64,000 nt of DNA, from the NCBI RefSeq assembly GCF_009914755.1, contig NC_060934.1; one strand, 5' to 3'. Made by a program: the position numbers and the translations under genes. Source of the DNA: the human T2T-CHM13v2.0 reference genome, Homo sapiens. This document shows positions 48,273 to 64,000 of this stretch, piece by piece; the stretch's first letter is position 1; each line of letters starts with the position of its first letter. Below the pieces are notes generated by a model, which saw only the letters and a program-made list of their open reading frames with translations, had not been told where the DNA came from and did no database searches.

Positions 48273-48419
48273 TTGTGTGTTTCAGTGTTTCATCAGGTCC
48301 TTCCATCTCTGGGAGTTTTTTCAACCCATATTTCTAGAAATTACAGCTGCCAGTTTATAGTAGTTTGAGCAGAGGATGATTTGCAAAAATAAAAATAAAG
48401 TTATTTTACTCTCCTCTTG

Positions 48420-48545
48420 CATTGATTCAGTTATTGAGATATTCGTTGATCACCTCCTATTTCCCAGGCACTGTGCAGAGTGCTGTAGGACATAGTGGTG
48501 AACAAGACAGACTTGGTCCAAGCTCTTACAGAGTTGACAGTCTAG
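48420..48545. mobile_element. L2 fragment in the 3' UTR
   Basis: CACCTCCTATTTCCCAGGCACTGTGC…GGTGAACAAGACAGAC…CAGTCTAG, an L2 3'-end signature. Confidence 0.7.
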
Positions 48546-49639
48546 TTTCAGCACATAGAAAACCAGCAGTGAATAAACCAAGGTGAGGCCTTGAGCTCTT
48601 TGTTTTTATATTAATGAGGAGAAAAGTATGAAAACAAGAAGTCTTAAGTAAATATTGAGGTCATTGTTTTTGGCTTAAGTTTATTATAGAAAATCAACAC
48701 TAATGTTTTTAGATTTTAATTGTCCTATTCATGAGGCTAGCACCTTAATCACTGTTTAGTTTTGTATTCATTTTTAAAAGCAATTATTGAAGCCATTTTC
48801 AATAGATTGGCCATTTTAATGTTCAGCAACCTGAATGGTTATTTTTGTTAATTAAAATTAAATTTTTAAGAGATATTTTCAAAACCCTATTTATTTTCTT
48901 GTTCACAGTAATGCATGTCAATAATAAATGTTTCCCCTTACTGATAAGCGGCCACTTTAGGAGTGTAGCAAATATAGATTGAGCTATGTTAGTTTGCAAT
49001 AATATATGTTAACTTTAGTAATTAAAGACTGGTTTCTATAGTATGAATGTCTTAATTTTGAGTTATATGATGTTTATTTGAATGACTGTTGAACATTCAA
49101 ATTTGTATTATTTGGAGATGAAGATTTGACTAACAGTGAGCCTTATTAAGAACACTACTACAGTTCTGAAGGGGAAATATAACATCTATGGTTATATATT
49201 TTAAAAACTTAGATTATAGGCTGTAATTATAAAATATATTGGCTTTTGTTTTCAATGTGAAAGATACATTAAATGGACACATATCTTGCAAAATTTTGTT
49301 GTATAGAACAGTTTTTAGGCAGCCTTTACTAAAGTTATGCAAACACACAGTTCCCCATTTACTACATTAATGCCCTTGACAGGGAGTAGCTGCTTGGTTT
49401 TATAGGTATTAGGGCTCATGAAGGCCGGGGAACAACTCTAATCCTTTTGGGGCAGGAGGGAGGGTTTTTTTAGGGTTGCGGGGAGGGAACTGCAAGTGCC
49501 TGAGGACCAGAGTGGCCTCTAGCCCCGAATTGAACACTTTTAAACCTAAAGAGCCTTATTATTATTAGCTCGAGAAATACCACATGCCAGTCTTCCCAGG
49601 AAGGTGACCTGCCTGACCATGAAGCAACAAAAGAGCATA

Positions 49640-49810
49640 GGCAGACTTAAAGTTGGATAGACCTGGGTTCAAATCATAGTTCAGCTTTCAATAACTGTAT
49701 GTATGATTTTGGCTAAAGGATTTGACTTTCTCTCAACTGCAGTTTTCTTAATCTTTGAAATGCAAATAATGTTTATCTCAGAAGACTATTTCTAGGATTA
49801 ACTGAGAGAT
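49640..49810 (+). mobile_element. MIR in the 3' UTR
   Basis: AGACCTGGGTTCAAATC…CAGTTTTCTTAATCTTTGAAATG MIR core. Confidence 0.7.
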
Positions 49811-50280
49811 TAAAGGAACAGCAGCACTTAGGCTCAAAATCGCCCCTACAAAGCAGTAGTTGTTTCTTAATTGCTAAGTAATCTGTTTGCACTCTAGGAA
49901 AAGTAAATGGAGAGGTAAAAGAAAGGCATTGGGGACAAATGAAAGAGATGATGTAGATTTTTCGGATGGGTGGGTATATTTTATTTTCCAGTTTATTTTC
50001 ATATTTCTTTACTGTGTTATTTCTGGAAACTTTAATGTTTTAAACCTCTTTTATAAAATTCAATGACGACTACTAGAATTCTATTCTTTTCAAAAGTTAA
50101 CTTATCTCCAAAGTGGCTGAAAATATTGTTTACCATTACATGATTATGAAATGACTGTGAAGAATATAAAATTAAACTTAGTGACTTAATTAGTCACTGC
50201 CTTGCTAACTTTGCTGTAATTTTTTTAAACGTCTTGTTTTTAATATAGCAAACTATCTCAATACTGGCTGGATTAGGTTA

Positions 50281-50286
50281 AATAAA
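50281..50286 (+). terminator. Probable distal polyadenylation signal AATAAA
   Basis: Canonical hexamer with U/GU-rich downstream sequence (ggtgtactttgtt). Confidence 0.7.
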
Positions 50287-52024
50287 GAATTTTTATGTTC
50301 TCTAGGTGTACTTTGTTAAATCTCAAAACATTCTGTACATACATAATTTTTTTTAATCACAGTTATCGAGATACTAGTTTTTGTAAGTAAAAGTAATCTG
50401 AATTTAAAAAAAAAACTGTATGGAAGAATTTGTCCTAATTTTGTAAACAGGCTAGCCTATATTCTAAGTATGTTCTAATGACTAAACTACATCCCCACTC
50501 ACCCACCCTCAAAGCCTCTTGCACTGAGTATAATTAAGCAACTAGACAAGATCTGTGGGTGGTCTCATGCCATGATGTCTTAAAGTGTATTCGAGTGAGT
50601 TGGGAACACAAACTGCTTCTGAGATATTAAGAACTTAAATTTCTGAAGTAGAAGATTAGAATCCTCTAGAATGAGTTAAAGGTCTTTTCCTTGCATCCAT
50701 TTGGGGATTATATTGGTTTTAAGTCATTTCATTACCCCATCTGAGAGACAGATGCTAAGAGGAGAAAGGGCATAGAATTGAACAGTCCTGGATGCATATG
50801 CTAGCTGACACTTGATTAGCTGTAGGGCAAGTTACTTTACCTCTCAGATCTTCAATTTCCTCATCAGTAAAATGAAGATTATAAAGTCCATCTCCTGGGT
50901 TATTGTGAGGATTGAGGTAACATTCTAGGACAGTTTTGATACATAAGGAAACTAAATCTCAATTTAAGTGCATAGTAGAGGTTTTGCCTACAGCCTTTTT
51001 TGGTCCACTGGAGTCAAGGTTGCTGTTTATGTGCTACTTGCCACCCAACGTGCCCATTAGAAATGGTAAGAGTGATGGAGTGTCTTGTTTAACAATTGCC
51101 TTCCTGAAACAAGGATCCTGAGCAAGGAGAATAAAGGAGGGGTTTGCATCTGAATACCCGCAGAAGCCTTACGGACAAGCAACAGAGGCTAGACCATCAT
51201 TCTGGTCAATCCTGAGTGAATTTAAGCATTTTTCTGAAAATAGCTAGGCCAGGGTTACTGTATGCCAACAACATACACAACTCAAGTAGATATTTGTTGA
51301 CCTATGTATGTGGCTAGATATTGTGCTCAGTCCTGGGGTTTTAAATAGTGAATAAGCCTGCTTTGAGATAGAGTCCTAAACTGCATAACAGATCTTACTA
51401 TGATATTACTGTCATAAGAACATAAGATCCATAAGGTTAAAATGCTTTTTGTTTAGTTTTCTTTACACTTCCCACACTAGAACAGCACCCGCACATGGTA
51501 GGAGCATGATTGAACATTTTATGAATTTGGGAAAACACTCCTTTTTAAGATCAAAACACTTATCTTGATCCTAGTTCTTTTGGTCTCCTGAGTTTCTAAA
51601 AATTTAAATATAGTTAACCTCTTTCTGCCACTTTTTTTTTTTTTTTTTTTTTTTGGCAAGAAAGCAACTTTGAAAAGGCATAAAACTGCCTGTAATCCCA
51701 GCACTTCAGCAGGCCGAGGCAGGAGGATGACTGGAGCCCAGGAGTTCAAGACCAACCTGGGCAACATTATGAGACCCTGTCCCTACGAAAAAAAAAAAAA
51801 AAAAAAAGCTGAGTGTGGTGGCATATACACCTGAGGTCCTAACTACTTAAGAGAGAGGCAGGAGAATAGCTTGAGCTCAGGAGGTAGAAGCTGCAGTGAA
51901 CCATGATCACATCACTCCACTCGAGCCTCAGCGACAAAACGAGTTCATGTCTCGAAAAGATGGCCAGGCGTGGTGGCTCACACCTGTAATCCCAGCACTT
52001 TGGGAGGCTGAGGTGGGTGGATCA

Positions 52025-52276
<252 letters not shown>

Positions 52277-53104
52277 TTAAGTCAGGTAATTATGAAGGGT
52301 ACAACACTAATCAGCAAGACTACCTAAGAAGGAACAGCATTGACCTGACCCCTTCAGAATGTTAGTTTCTCACCTTTAACACCTGGAATCAGCAAAAACA
52401 GCAAACGAGTACCTGCGCACTAGCTTGTCTTCCGGGAGCCACTAGGACACCTTTAATAAAAGTCACCTAAGAGAAAATGAGGCACTGTCACACTTTGCTG
52501 CCCTTATGGTTCATTCATGTAGAGAAATCAATTTATTCATTGGGATCTACTTGGTAGCTCACAGACCAGTGTGAATGTCAGGAATTTGGGCATGCTGTGG
52601 TTGAAGGGCTTAATGTTTAAGCCAATCGCTGTCTTCCAGTGAAGAGTGCACACCATAATAGAAATCTTTCAGCAATGTCATCTTCACTTCGGTGAGCTCC
52701 TTCACACACAGACAAGAATTTATTGAACAATAGTAGGGCTTCCGTTCCAACTTTTGAAATATGTTGCCACCTCAAAAAGCGCATGGACTCTGAATACCTG
52801 TCCCTCAGGGTAATATGCCTGCTAAAGTCAAATAGGAAAATGAAAGAGGATTTTTTCCTCAAACAAATTCAAACCCACCATTATCTTATTCAAAAGGAAA
52901 GACCACAACTGTGTGGACATTTTACTATTTCCATCATTAGAACCCTGACCACTTGGCCATACACTCATTTGTATACTTTCAGATTTCCAGAGCCCACACT
53001 ACAGATGCTCAACAGGACCTCTGCAACATGACATAAGTAATGAAGTACATTTTTTAAAGTAAGCTTTTTGTAAGTTGAAATATATATACATGCACAATTA
53101 TATG

Positions 53105-53575
53105 TGAAGCTCATAGCAGTACTATTCACAATAGCCAAAAAGTGGGAACAATACAAATGTGCATCAACTGATAAGTGGATAAACAAAATATGGCTTATCT
53201 ATACAATGGAATATTATTCAAGCATAAAAAGGAATGAAGTACTGATACGTGCTGCAACGTAAATGAGCCTTGAAAACATCGTAAGTGAAAGGAACCAGAC
53301 ACAAAAGACTACAGATATGATTCCATGTATATGAAAAATCCAGAATAAACAAATCCAGGAGACAAAGTAAATTAATAGTTTCCAGGAGCTGGAGGGAGGG
53401 AAAAATGGGGAATGACTGCTAATGGGTACAAGGTTTCTTCTGGGGACGTTGAAAATGGTCTGAAATTAGTAGTACTGATTGTGCAACTCTGTGAATACAC
53501 TAAAAACCTCTGGATTGTACACTTCAATTAAAAGGTGAACTTTATGGTAAATGAATTATTTCTCAGTAAAGATTG
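53105..53575 (+). mobile_element. L1MB-type 3' end
   Basis: TTCACAATAGCCAAAAAGTGG…AAAAGGAATGAAGTACTGATAC…GAATGACTGCTAATGGGTAC…GGTGAACTTTATGG. Confidence 0.8.
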
Positions 53576-53579
53576 TTTT

Positions 53580-63262
<9,683 letters not shown>

Positions 63263-63701
63263 TAAAGCTGTTTTGTTTTGTTTTTAAGAGGAATCCCTTG
63301 GTATAGACAGAAGCTAAATAGCAGAACTCATTCTTCTATAGAGAGCCTCTGAGTTAGGACAGGCATTCCAAAAAATGCCAACTATGTATACCATACTACA
63401 GCACTTGAAACATATACTAAAAGATATTTTCTAATTCCTAAAATATTACTGAGTGTTGATTTTTAATAGACTTATGCAACTTAACAGCATTCATGGGCCA
63501 TTGTGATATACATTGAACATGGGTGCCCTGCTTAAATCAATGTGTCTCTACCTTAAAATTTGCAAGATACAACCTGTACAGGAACTGAGAAGTAACATGT
63601 TCAAGATCTTTTAATAATACATATTTATCATTTTTATCATTGTATTGTATTGACAATTATCAAAATAAATTGTACACCAAAAATAAAACACCCTAAAGTG
63701 A

Positions 63702-63998
<297 letters not shown>

Positions 63999-64000
63999 AG

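Larger units (their letters stand above)
47531..50305 (+). other. MARCHF5: MARCHF5 3' UTR (distal end approximate)
   Basis: AU-rich, Alu-free stretch after the stop in an otherwise Alu-dense locus. Ends at AATAAA 50281-50286 followed by GU/U-rich sequence. Confidence 0.75.

Overview
Primate (human-like) genomic DNA covering most of the MARCHF5 (MARCH5/MITOL) gene on the + strand. MARCHF5 encodes a mitochondrial outer-membrane RING-CH E3 ubiquitin ligase. The window holds the end of intron 1, coding exons 2-6 (7492-7694, 37008-37138, 45672-45855, 45994-46160, 47414-47530; all GT-AG with consistent phases; 802 coding nt including the stop), a ~2.8 kb 3' UTR ending near 50.3 kb, and ~13.7 kb of downstream sequence. 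Exon 1 and the promoter are outside the window. The rest is mostly repeats: roughly 70 Alu copies or fragments (hand count), old L1 fragments, a ~9.7 kb Alu-interrupted antisense L1MA-type element, a Tigger3b, hAT/MER elements, a MER41A LTR, an intact ERVK-type (LTR3/HML-6-like) solo LTR, a Y3 RNA pseudogene and several microsatellites. Almost all ORFs in the supplied track are Alu/L1 artefacts. I see no new protein-coding system. The most unusual signals are (i) a non-Alu inverted duplication in intron 2 with perfectly matched inner arms (24164-24766) and (ii) a recursive-splice-site/poison-exon architecture near the middle of the 29 kb intron 2 (23185-23288). Repeat subfamily names are recalled from consensus sequences and need RepeatMasker/Dfam confirmation.
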